From Neoconidiobolus thromboides FSU 785 (Eukaryota > Fungi > Entomophthoromycota), in NCBI GenBank assembly GCA_025603075.1, contig MU626293.1:1-64000 (forward strand): DNA of 64,000 nt, written 5' to 3'. A program made the translations under genes and the position numbers. Within the stretch, counting starts at the first letter, position 1. Every line of letters starts with the position of its first letter. A model generated the notes under the pieces. It did no database searches. It saw only the letters and a program-made list of their open reading frames with translations, and was not told where the DNA came from. Of this stretch, positions 1 through 12,390 are shown in pieces.

Positions 1-285
1 GTTAAAAATACTACTGTAAATATCGTTGGAGAAAATACCACTATTAATAATATATTAAAAGATATTAGTAAAGTTACTGGTAAACAATTCCAAGTATCTC
101 ATATCTCTTTAGATGAAGTACAAAAGGTATTAGATGATCCAAATGTTGATTTCTTTGGTAAAATCTCATATTATCTTCGTAAAGATATTGAATTAGGTGA
201 TATCAAACTTCCTGGTAATCATAAAGATTTGGTTCCTGACTTTAAGTTTACTTCCATTTCTGATTATGCTAAATCCAAGTATTAA
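1..285 (+). CDS. 3' end of a probable NmrA/isoflavone-reductase-like protein (5' truncated)
   Basis: Frame 1 is open from base 1 to TAA at 283-285 with coding-like codon usage (VKNTTVNIVGENTTINNILKDISKVTGKQFQVSHISLDEV...FKFTSISDYAKSKY). This resembles the C-terminus of NmrA-like atypical SDRs. The family call is tentative. Confidence 0.5.
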   Translation, partial: VKNTTVNIVGENTTINNILKDISKVTGKQFQVSHISLDEVQKVLDDPNVDFFGKISYYLRKDIELGDIKLPGNHKDLVPDFKFTSISDYAKSKY

Positions 286-699
286 ATAAACATATTTTTA
301 AGACCTTAATATTATCTTACTTCTAATAATTAATATAGTTATAACTATTATCAAATACAAATTGATTGATTAATCTAATTTTTATTTTATTTTGAAAATC
401 ATAAAGTAACCAACATGACCACTCTTGTTCATCACTGTCATTTTTATTCTTATATACATGAAAATTTTCTGTTGCAACCAATGACTAACTTTTTCGCTTA
501 AAGTCAGCTTGTATTAGAAACTATCTTATGAATTGATGTATCTGTAGTTTTGACCTGGCTTTTGGGAAAAAATTGTACAAATAAACTTTTGGGAGCTACT
601 CCTTTGTATGACATAATCGCTTATAATAAAGTGCGAAATTTGAACCTAATATTTACTATTGAATGACTTTTATTTCTGAGTGGGATATCTTTTTTCAAG

Positions 700-2000
700 T
701 CATGTGCTAAAGACAGCCTTTATTGATAACAACTAGTGCTCAGTTAATGAATGAAAGAGAGTTAGGTGAAACAATTACATTTGATCCAAAGGAGGCCTTT
801 GGGAACAGGACTCGGCTTTTTTTGACTTATCTAGCTTCACATAGAAAAGAAGAAATTACTAAGTTAGGAACACCTTCTACTCCGTGATAAAAGCCCAATT
901 AGGAGCTGACCCATATTTGGACCCAAAGACCAACTTATGCTATAAATGGTGGTAAATCTACAAGATGAAGATAACAACTATTGAAAGAAACCCAGCAAAG
1001 CAACATGGGAAAAGAGAACTTACGAAATACAGGCTTTGATGCCAGCCAAGGAAAGATGAGTTAAACCTGTTTCCTAAGCCCCGGGGACATGTTATCCAAA
1101 GGCTTCGGGTATAAGGACAACAAGCAAATCGATGGCTCACTAGGTCTTGACTGGAAATGCAAAAAAACGATAAGGGTTGACCTCCCTATTGAAAGCGGGA
1201 ACTTAAGCTTAAGAGAAGTAAACAAACTCATCAGTACGTCAAAAAGCCATACCCGGTTTTAAACTTAAAACCCTTAAGTAGGAATTATGCGCCTGCATGA
1301 AGTGATGACTGTGTCAAAAAGACATAAGCAGTTGTAAAAGTTCTTGTTTGAGCAGGAAATTAAACTACCTAGAGTATACGAACTATATTTTTTAATGACT
1401 CTTACATTGTCTATCTACCTTTAATTAAGGTTTTGCACTATCCATTAACAATTTTAGAACCAAGTGATGGTGAAGTGAAAGATAAGGTGCCCTTAGAGAC
1501 TTTATTATCTATGACCTCTGAGGACCATAAATGTAGGAAGCCCCTTTGCCATAGAAGATTAAATTAGTTCCTAAAACAAATTTGCCAGAACTTCTAGATC
1601 AGGGAATAGTTCATTATCCAAAATGACAATAAATTAAAACTATAATCGCCTTTACCAGAAGTTAGTTTCCAATAAAAAAAATTCGAAAACAGCTTTTCTG
1701 GTTTATTTTAAATCTGGTTTGATAAAGATGCACATATACAAGTTGTACCAGAGCATAGGGAGAGCAGCATTATTAACCAATAAAATTTAGGCTTAAAGAT
1801 TGATACCTTTAACATCCCAACTATATAACCTAGTTTAAGTCTAGAAATACATGTTGATCATGAATCAGTCTTCTACTCTTAAGTGAGGTCTCTTTTAGTT
1901 TATGGTTTTTTTCTTTGCTCCTTTAGATTAAAAAATCAAAGAAATAGCATGGACTCCCGGTGAATGAGTTGCTTAGCCTTATCACTATTTCCCGTAACCC
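700..2000 (+). mobile_element. Heavily decayed Ty3/gypsy-like gag-pol relic
   Basis: GC is higher than in the flanks and there is no intact ORF. Motif remnants occur in retroelement order: CYK-W/C-GK knuckle-like (938-960), LPELLDQGIV (1582-1611), DKDAHIQVVPEHRES (1721-1765), HVDH in place of YVDD (1850-1861). Confidence 0.4.
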
Positions 2001-2222
2001 TTGACAGATTTCTTTAATCTGTCATATTTATATCAGTATAATAGACACTATTTTTGATGTAATCATAAAGAAATATCTACCATTGAATTTTTACATTCCA
2101 AGAGTAATTATTAAAATGCATAAAAACCAAAATTTAAAAACGTAATTTTTATTATTAAAAAGAATTATCTCTGATATCAAAACAAGATGGATTTAAAATG
2201 AAATTGATGAAAGGTTAAATTT

Positions 2223-3839
2223 TTAGTTCTTCAAAACTTGATTCCCTTCTTGAGCTTCTCTAGCAGCATCTTCTTCTTCTTTTGATACATACCAGAATTT
2301 AGCCATGGCTACAAAAATAGCAAAGAAGAAAGTAGAGATGGCAATGTAAACCCACATCTTATTGGTACCTTTCATCTCTCCCATACCAATTTCAAGACCA
2401 AGTACAAAATAATTACCAATAGCTGAAGTAAGTAAGAAAATAGAAGATGAAGAAGACTTCATTTGTCTACCTACTTGTGTATAAGCGAATTGAAGACCAA
2501 TTGGTGACATCATAGCTTCACCTAATGATAAAAGAATGTATTGAGGAAGTTGAATGGTACCATTTACACATTGTTTACATGACTGCCACTCACCATCTTC
2601 AATAACCCTGAGTCCAGCATTAGCTTCGACATAATATTGAAGACATGTAGATAGTACATAGGTAAGGATCATGATAAACCAACCCCAAATCATACGAGTT
2701 AAAAGTGGCATTCTAATTCCTCTCTTCTCTAAGAATGGATAGACAAAGAAGGATAAGAAAGGTACAAAGAGAATAATTAAGATAGAATTAACATTTGAAG
2801 AAGCTTCAGTTGGTAATGGAATGAATCCTAAGAAGTTATGGCCCATCATATCATAGTTGTTTTGCCATTCAGAACTATTTTGATCGTATAATAGCCAGAA
2901 GAAGGAGATAGGTAAAAGCATAGCAGCTACTTTTCCAAATAATCTAGTTTCTTCGACCATTTCAGCACCATAAAGATCGGCTGAGAAATTTAACCAATGA
3001 CCTTTAGCTCTTCTTTCTTCAACAGATGCAGCGGAATAACGTCTTCCTGCAGTTACTGCAGTTTTGAGGGCAACCCAAGGCATGAATCTACCTGTTGGTG
3101 GAACAACACGATAATAACGGAAACCAAAAATAAATAATGCTAAGGCAATAGCAAAAGCAATGGTTGGGATACCAAATGCAAGGAAATAACACTTTGAACC
3201 AAAGCACTCAACATATTGTTTCAAGTAAGGTGTAAGATATTGAGCAACTAAAGCACCAGCATTAATAGCAACGTAGAAAAGACCAAAGAATTTATCGAGT
3301 AAAACTGTTTGAGTTGATAAAAATTGATCACCACCATGAGAAGATACACATGGTTTGATACCACCTGAACCAATAGCCATAAATATAGCAGGTACAATAT
3401 AGGACCAATATGGTAATTCACCATGTTTACCAACAAGTTCATTAATTGAGAAAACAGACATTAATACATTTCCTGCTAAATAAAGGAAAGACATATAAAC
3501 AATAGTATGATATTTTCCTAAGAAAGAATCAGAAATAGCAGCACCAACAAGAGGGAAAATATATACTAAAGCATTGAATAAAGATGATTGAGCTTTAGCG
3601 TAAGAAGGAGTATAACCATAAGCAGTTTGTAAATATTTGTTTAATAAATTTTTGATACCATAATAACAGAAACGTTCACATAACTCATTTGGTACAATAA
3701 AATAGACAGCTTTTGGAAATTTATCATGATTAGCTTGGAGTTTGGCATCTAATTCGGCATTAATAATACGTTCTTGTTCCAATAGCTGCAACTCTCTTTC
3801 AGTGAGTTGAGCATCAAGATGGCCCACTTTTTCAGACAT
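2223..3839 (-). CDS. PTR2: POT/PTR family proton-dependent oligopeptide transporter (intact copy 1)
   Basis: 538-aa intronless ORF with an ExxERFxYYG motif (ELCERFCYYG), GSGGIKPCVSSHGGDQF, and FF..FY..IN.G; multiple TM helices. Confidence 0.95.
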   Translation of the reverse strand: MSEKVGHLDAQLTERELQLLEQERIINAELDAKLQANHDKFPKAVYFIVPNELCERFCYYGIKNLLNKYLQTAYGYTPSYAKAQSSLFNALVYIFPLVGAAISDSFLGKYHTIVYMSFLYLAGNVLMSVFSINELVGKHGELPYWSYIVPAIFMAIGSGGIKPCVSSHGGDQFLSTQTVLLDKFFGLFYVAINAGALVAQYLTPYLKQYVECFGSKCYFLAFGIPTIAFAIALALFIFGFRYYRVVPPTGRFMPWVALKTAVTAGRRYSAASVEERRAKGHWLNFSADLYGAEMVEETRLFGKVAAMLLPISFFWLLYDQNSSEWQNNYDMMGHNFLGFIPLPTEASSNVNSILIILFVPFLSFFVYPFLEKRGIRMPLLTRMIWGWFIMILTYVLSTCLQYYVEANAGLRVIEDGEWQSCKQCVNGTIQLPQYILLSLGEAMMSPIGLQFAYTQVGRQMKSSSSSIFLLTSAIGNYFVLGLEIGMGEMKGTNKMWVYIAISTFFFAIFVAMAKFWYVSKEEEDAAREAQEGNQVLKN

Positions 3840-4432
3840 TATTATTAAGTTTTTAATAAATAAATTGAGAAAATCACACTTCTTTTATACCATTTTCGGT
3901 TGTGGATCCTTATTTTCTAATTGGAATAAAATACGGAATATTAATCAAGTGAGCTAAATTCAAATTTTTCAAAAAACATTGGTTTATGCGTGATTGATTA
4001 GATTATTAGGATATAGTTGTAAAATCAAAATTAAAATAACATGACTAAAAAAGCCATTAGGAGAAAACTTTATTGGTATATCTTCTGCAAAAATAACATT
4101 CCTTTTTTTTTATCTCCATAATTTTTAGCTTAATATATTTCGCTATTCCGATACCAACTTTTGATTATGTTATGTGAAAAATTACATTTCCTATTTGATA
4201 AGCCAACATTTATGCACTTTGATAAAGAAACTTAAATTTAGAAAACATATCAAAGTCAATAAAACTATGCTTAAAAATAAATTTTTAGACGCAAGTTATA
4301 TAGTTACTTTCTTATTTTATTATAATTAAATATTTCTAGCACACCTTAGATTTAATTCTAGCATTTTATATTGAACTGTTTTAAATTTAATGAGTTTTGT
4401 TATCATTTGTAACTTGTGGTTCATGCTTACTA

Positions 4433-4440
4433 TCAGCTGA
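4433..4440. promoter_or_regulatory. Palindromic TCAGCTGA motif upstream of PTR2 copy 1
   Basis: TATCAGCTGA lies ~600 bp upstream of the ATG; the same motif recurs three times upstream of PTR2 copy 3. Confidence 0.4.
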
Positions 4441-5215
4441 AATAAAAAGAATGCTATTAAAACCATCTTGACTAAGTTGGAATATTTTTCATTTTTAATA
4501 CTATTATGGTTAAATATCTGTTGATCTATTTTGCTAAAGCAAAAAGGACTGATATTGTCTAATTATTTGAACTAATGACTAATAAAAATCAACTGATAAT
4601 AAAAGTCCTATTTTTTTATTCTACTTATCTATATATTCTATAAGTTTCAGAGTTCTAACTTTGACTTTAATACTATACAGTATATTCTTTCTTACATTAT
4701 AAATTAAAACTTCTCTATTATTTACTATAAAATAATAATCTATTATTTCAATTTATCAAGTGATACATTTCAAAGGTTCAACTTTAATTTATTAGGTAAG
4801 AGTAGTATTATTAGAATATAAAAATTAAGTAAACAGAATATTTGAAAATAATCTTAATATATAGTAAATCTTATGGCACTAATAAATAACTTAACTTAAT
4901 ATGCTTTAAAATAAAATTACTTTAATATTGGTTTTTCATATGCTTGATTTTAAAGCTAGTGAAAAATAACTGGAATGAATTTATAGTAAAAGTTTATATA
5001 AGCTCAGCTTTGAACCTCAGTAGCTGATCCAATTTATAATGAAGAATATTATTTTGTATCGTTAACTGTGTAATTAAGGCATATAGCTTTTGAGGACTTA
5101 AAAAGGGTCTATAAATCATTTTAGTAAACAAACTATTTAAAAAATACATATACTTATATACTTATCTATGAATTGTAGATATGAAATTTAAATCCTATTC
5201 AATATAAGATATAAG

Positions 5216-5317
5216 ATATGGAGGTGTATTTTTTTGTCTAAGGATTTTACTAACAATCTTTCCACTCAAATAGTGCTTAAAAATGGAAAAAGTGATGAAA
5301 CTACGAAAAACCTATAT
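5216..5317 (+). mobile_element. ~105-bp TIR element (MITE-like), copy 1
   Basis: ATATGGAGGTGTATTTTTT...AGGATTTTACTAACAATCTTTCCACTCAAATAGTGCTTAAAAATGGAAAAAGTGATGAAAC matches the family consensus; right TIR is degenerate. Confidence 0.85.
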
Positions 5318-5818
5318 AAAGATCAAAAAACGACAAAAATAGCCAATAGTGGAATAAAGTTACAAATGGAATGTTACTTTAGTGAACAGATTTAATTATA
5401 TAACTATGGGAATTTGTATAAAATAAACTATACTCTATACAAATTAAAGTTAATATACAAATTATTTTTATAACCGCGTAAATTTTATGATATAAGAATA
5501 AATGAAGATAAGATATCAATACATTTTCCTGTTTTTTAATATAAAATCTTAATTTATTTATAACTTTAAAAACTAAATAATTTAATAAAGTTTAAATAAA
5601 AACAAACTGGTAGTTTAAAAATTATGTTTGTTAATACAAAATCTATACTATTTATATCATTTCTTCTTATTATATACACTTAATATTTATATATTGTAGC
5701 TTATTAGTACATTAGTCAAAATAAAAAAGTTAAATTAAGAAAACAAAAGGCTTAAATTCAAGTTGAAAAATAATACTTTATTATATTTCAATCCTTCATC
5801 ATAACAACCGGTATTTAA

Positions 5819-5952
5819 ATATGAGGATGTTTTTTTTGATTTCATCGTTTTTTCCATTTTTAAGCACTATTTGAGTGGAAAGATTGTTAGTAAAATCCTT
5901 AGACAAAAAAATACATGGGGATGTATTTTTTGTTTAAATTTCTACTAATAGC
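5819..5952 (-). mobile_element. MITE-like copy 2 (reverse) fused to the start of a forward copy at 5915
   Basis: The reverse consensus runs 5819-5916 and ends AAAAAAATACAT. It is followed immediately by GGGGATGTATTTTTTGTTTAAATTTCTACTAATAGC, the left end of another copy. Confidence 0.85.
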
Positions 5953-6894
5953 TTTTTAGGCTTTTTCTCATCACTATTTCATATTTTATATATGGATCAA
6001 CTTTTATAACTCAGAATCCAAATGCTAATTTTTGTTCTATTTAAACCAGAACAAATTTTTTTAGCTGTTATTAGTAATCTAGCCACTTTTCTTTTTATAT
6101 TTAACTTTTTATTTAATTGATTTTTTAAGAGCTTACTTTAAAATATTTTTATAGAATTTAAAATATCTATAAAATATAAATATATATATATAATATGATA
6201 TAATATTACATATTTAGTTTTATTTTGCTTATATTAGATTGGATTTTTCATTAAACTGAACTAAATATTAATAATAATATTATAAAAATTATATATTTAT
6301 ATATTATTTATGTATTAATAAAAGTTATTGTTAATATTGATTTGCATATCAGCTATAGTTAATAAAATTTTATTAAAAAATATACTATTATAATTCAAAC
6401 CTTTTAAATTATTACTCATTGAAAAATAGCTGTATAAAGCAGCTGAATGCTTTAATTTTTGGGACGATTTTTGATGGTATTGTATGTGTCCAAAGCAGTG
6501 TTTATTAGGACAAAAAGGATTTACCTGAAGACTTGGAGAAAATAACTGCTAGAAATTGAGATTGGGATGGTAGGACCAAAAAAAACTTATTACCAAAGCG
6601 GTAAAAGAGAATAAATATATAATAAGGCTATATTACATGAAAGCTATGACATGCTACCAAAGGTAGGAAAGGTTTAACGAAGTCATAAACGTCAATTTCA
6701 TAATTTAAAAACTAAAGGTATTTTTTTGAAATTTTGATCAATTTTTGTAGTACAAACTCCAAAAGTATCAGTTAAAGTTTTAGACAAAAAAACTTGCCCA
6801 ATATCGAATAATTGAGTATTTTATATTATTGGTTCAAATCTAAATTATTCTAATATTAAGGTTAGGTTTTGATCTTGTTTATTTTATTAGTAAA

Positions 6895-7459
6895 ATGAAA
6901 TTCAACAAAAATATATTAAAGTATACCAACACAATAAACAATGTAAATTCAACAATGATAAGCTCGCCGCATCCAATATCACATATAAGGTTTATAAAGT
7001 ATAAAAAAAACCCATTTGAAAGCTTGATAGTAAATTTGGCTAAAGTTGATTATTTTTAATCTTTAATTTTTAATTTTAGGAAAAAGAATTAAGACAGAAG
7101 AAAGAATATTTACAAAATTATGTCCATGAGTTTTGGTGTAAAAATAATCAGGCTTATGTAAATAGAAAACAAGAGTACGAACAAGAAAGTAATCATTGTT
7201 TTTTTAAATTATCAAAATCAACTAACTCCTTTTTATAGTTTTGAAAAAGAAGGGTAAAGTTGAAAATACAGATATGACCGAGTTTTATAAGGAATTCCTT
7301 CAACAAAGTAAACACCAACATGCTGAATTTCATCAAACTTATATTATCAAAAGTTTCAATATTGTATTATTCTCAATTTATAATCAATTTCATAGCTTAT
7401 GTTCGAAAGCTTCCTTTACAAAACCTAGTTATTTTTTCTCTTCAAAATACTCTCGTTGA
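6895..7459 (+). CDS. COA8: COA8/APOPT1 (DUF2315) family mitochondrial protein, 3 exons, 154 aa
   Basis: Exons 6895-7029, 7080-7188 and 7239-7459 with GT..AG introns join in frame. The protein has MISSPHPISHIR (cf. IGPP.P.SNLR), HEFWCKNNQAY and DMTEFYKEFL...H..FH..Y motifs typical of APOPT1/COA8. Confidence 0.8.
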
Positions 7460-7629
7460 TCCTTTTTTCTACTTAAATTATAGATAAACTTTTTAATGTT
7501 ATTCATCTTATTTTATGCATATTTTGTTGTTTATTCTTATAATTATTATTAATAATTTTAAATTTTGACGTAAATTTATCGAAGGCAACTACTACTAAAT
7601 TTATTTTTATTACAATAAAGTAGATAATT

Positions 7630-9234
7630 TTAAACTGTGGCAAACATACGATTATGACGAGCAATGGATGGGCCATATTCTTCATATTCAGCCTTAGAGT
7701 GAGCATAAGTATGGAATTGTGGCTAAAAAAAGGATATAAATAAATAATAAAATTAACTACAAAATTAATTACTAAAGAGGCAACTAAACTGCCACCGAAC
7801 CAAACAGCATATCTTTGACGTTTATGAGAAATGACATTAACATCAATAGGTGTTGACTATATTGTTAATAATTGATTTTGATAAATAGAATTAAAAAATT
7901 TACTTTGACATTAGATAAACTTAACTCTTCACTCTTTTTAATTCTACCTGTAACAATTCTTTGAATATCTCTTTCTAAACGACGTCCAAAATCTTTAAAT
8001 AAAGTTGAACCACCTGATAAAACAATATTCTAATTTTTTTTAATATCAATTAGCTAATATAAACAAAATCAAATACCTTATATAACCCACGACGAGTATC
8101 AATCGGACAATTTTGTATTACTTGATCAACAACTTGAGGAAGTGGAGTCAAGAAATCGGAGCTTACTAATTCTGGATTAAAGAAAATTTCAGGAGCTAAA
8201 AAGCGTTCATAACCAACATCAACATTGAAAGGCTAACGTGTTTAATTTTAATTCATAATAAATAAATAATTATTACTTGTTTTGTAATTGAATGAATTCC
8301 TTCATAATTTTTAAAATATTTTTCTCCTTCTTGATCATATCTTTTAAATTCTTTAACAATGTCTTGACAACAATAAGAATATTTTTCTTTAATTTTTTTA
8401 GCTACTTCCATAAGTTGATCTGGTGGTATGGTTTCTCCATGATCACGAAGTAATTGCATGACATATTTAGTAATATGGCTACCTGCAATTGGTATATGTT
8501 TTAATGCAGAGCCAATAACATAACCATCAGCCTAAAATTTAATTAGTAACTTTATAAAAAATACTTATTAATCAAATTAAAACTTACGACTGGGATAACA
8601 TGAGTAACACCATCTCCAGAATCAACTACTGTACCAGTAAGTTCACGGGTTTGGGATTTACTTGAAGTCCAAGAAGCAGCCAAACCTAAAACAGCTTGTA
8701 CAGCAATATACATACCAGGAATATTAAAAGATTCAAAGAAAATTTCAGCTGTAGCTTCTCTATTTTCTGGAGCGTTTAGAGGTGGTTCGGTTAATAAAAA
8801 ATAATGGTCTTCTGGTTCACATCGTAGATATTTAAATATACATTGTTCCCAATATCTTTCCATGTGATCCCAATTTTCAACTTGTCCATTAACCATTGGT
8901 GATGTTACTTGATACATCTTAGAGTTTGCTTGTGCTTCATAACCAATAAAAAAATCCAAATCTTCGATCCCTCTTTTACTGGCTAGATTACCTCCACCAC
9001 TACCAAAGTTTCCACTACTTCCTTTTAAAAAACTTGGTTTTGATGGTACTGGTGGACCAGAACCTCTTTGGCTATCTTTTGTTGCTATTACAGTTGGGAT
9101 AACGGAAGATGGTTCATCATTCCCTGCAAACCCCATCTTGGTTTCCCTTTTTATAATCAATATTTATTGTTTCAAATGGAAATTTTGGCTTACCCAGTAC
9201 CATTATCAATAATTACAGGTGGTAATGAAGTCAT
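7630..9234 (-). CDS. ARP3: Actin-related protein 3 (Arp2/3 complex), multi-exon
   Basis: [14 protein letters not shown]|[66 protein letters not shown], and C-terminal [21 protein letters not shown]. Canonical short introns. Confidence 0.95.
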
Positions 9235-9561
9235 ATTTTAATAAACTATTATATAAAGTAATTGTAATTAAATAGCTATTATTTATTGGTTTATAATGGA
9301 CTATATAGTTTAAAAAAATAAGTTTCGTTACAATTTTGGGTGGCTTTAATGATTTTTTGAAGTATTACATTTCATTTTAATTTTGTCCAATAGAAAACAA
9401 TTTCATCCCTACTGCCAATTTTGCTGTTCTCATCGTTTATTCTACCATATTATTATGGATAATATTAATGTGTTAAATAGTATGTTGTAGTAGATAGCTA
9501 TAATATGATTTCGGGTGTTTTACTATAGTGATTTTTTTTATAAATCTATCATTTTATAAAC

Positions 9562-9601
9562 ATAAATATAAATATAAATATAAATATAAATATAAATATA
9601 A
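9562..9601. repeat. (ATAAAT)n hexanucleotide microsatellite
   Basis: About 6.5 tandem copies in the Arp3-actin intergenic region. Confidence 0.9.
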
Positions 9602-9995
9602 TATTTAATGTAATTAAAAAATAGTCTTTACTTTATTTTTTAATGATAGATTATAAAATAGTAATATTAATAACAACTTTATTTGTTTTAAAATACTAAA
9701 AAGAATTTAAAAAAACATTTTTTTTATCTTATTAATATCTACTATATATTTCAACATCAACCTCAATACATTCTAAATTTTTATTTTTTTAAAAATACTA
9801 TTTTTTTTCTTAGCATTAAATTTTTGATTATTCTAAATTTTACAATGTTTTCTTATTAGAATTTTAAATTTTTAATACCTTGTAATTATCATTTAATTAA
9901 TTTTAGATATTAAACATACTTTCTTAAACATATATTGAATAATATGTGGATATAGTGTACCGCTATTATATAATATTAAGATCAACAACAGCCTC

Positions 9996-10106
9996 CTTGG
10001 CGATTTAAATTAAAATCAACATCATTTAATTGCTGCCAAGTTACTTTGAGCTTAAATTTATGGGATTATAAATTGAACTAAACTAATTTTCTTGGGTATC
10101 CTTGGC
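9996..10106. promoter_or_regulatory. Cluster of three GCCAAG/CTTGGC sites (PacC/Rim101-type consensus GCCARG)
   Basis: CTTGGC 9996-10001, GCCAAG 10035-10040 and CTTGGC 10101-10106, followed by several CCAAT/ATTGG boxes at about 10160-10293. Confidence 0.45.
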
Positions 10107-10390
10107 AAATGATTGCTTGCCAGACAATACATCAAAAAATCGATGAAAAGGGTGGATTCATTGGCTGTTTCTAATTGGTAAGAAGTACTTCAATAATAGC
10201 CAATGATTTTTTATCTAAGTTAGTTTTATCTTTATTCTTTGGTTGAAAAATGTTCTGTGATGCAATTATTAGTCCATTATCTTATTTGATTGGCTATTTA
10301 TCGAAGCTGTAAAATAAGGAGCCACCAACATATAAAGAAATAAAATGACATTAAAGAAGGATTATTGTTTTTTGTAAATTTATATTAAAA

Positions 10391-11717
<1,327 letters not shown>

Positions 11718-12390
11718 ATGGTTGATTTCCATATGTTTTGGTATCTACTAATATTAACGACACATCAACTTTGTTCCACTTATGGTTTAATACTACTTAT
11801 AGTATGTATCATCTTATAAGTACTTATAAATAAAGAAGCTTAAAGTTTTAATTCTTGGTATTTAATTAAACTTTTTTTAACGCTACATGTTAATTATGCT
11901 TTTTTATTACATATTATACTATGTCGTTCCATAAAAGCCACTATTTTAAATAAGTAATTAGATTGATAGTAACTTTTAACTATTTTTCATTTACCTATCA
12001 TTTAATAGATTTTTGAGAAAAAATTGTAGATTACAAATGAATTAAAAGTTGTGTCAAAAAAAGTTTAAGAGGGTTTATAAAAATTAAATAAAAAGTATTA
12101 TTTGAAAAAAATATAGATATTAAATAATGTTAGATGAAATAAAATCATAGAAATGATAAAGACACCAAATCGGTTAAAATAAGAGTGTATCATCCCCAAC
12201 ATAGAAAGAACTATTTTAATTAATCTCCATAGCTACATAACATCACCATCTTATCTATCAAATTTTCAAAAAAAAAATGACGTTGAAATAAATGGAGAAA
12301 CTATTGGATTTCAGCAAATCAAATAAGATGAACAGCAATTTAAATTTAAAAATTTTAAATTTAGGATAATTATTTTTTTTAAAATCTAGA

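Noticed and set aside
958-1140. 60-aa minus-strand ORF
   Set aside because: Antisense to the decayed retroelement-like region, with no coding signature.
3248-3442. 64-aa ORF, plus the 153-aa ORF at 16142-16603
   Set aside because: These are alternative frames of the PTR2 sequence; the second arises from frameshifts in the pseudogene.
3840-4400. HGATAR (AreA-type) sites upstream of PTR2 genes
   Set aside because: Expected frequently by chance at this AT content.
6740-6865. Apparent upstream COA8-like exon (KKTCPISNN*)
   Set aside because: It contains a stop, and a better in-frame start with a stronger motif exists at 6895.
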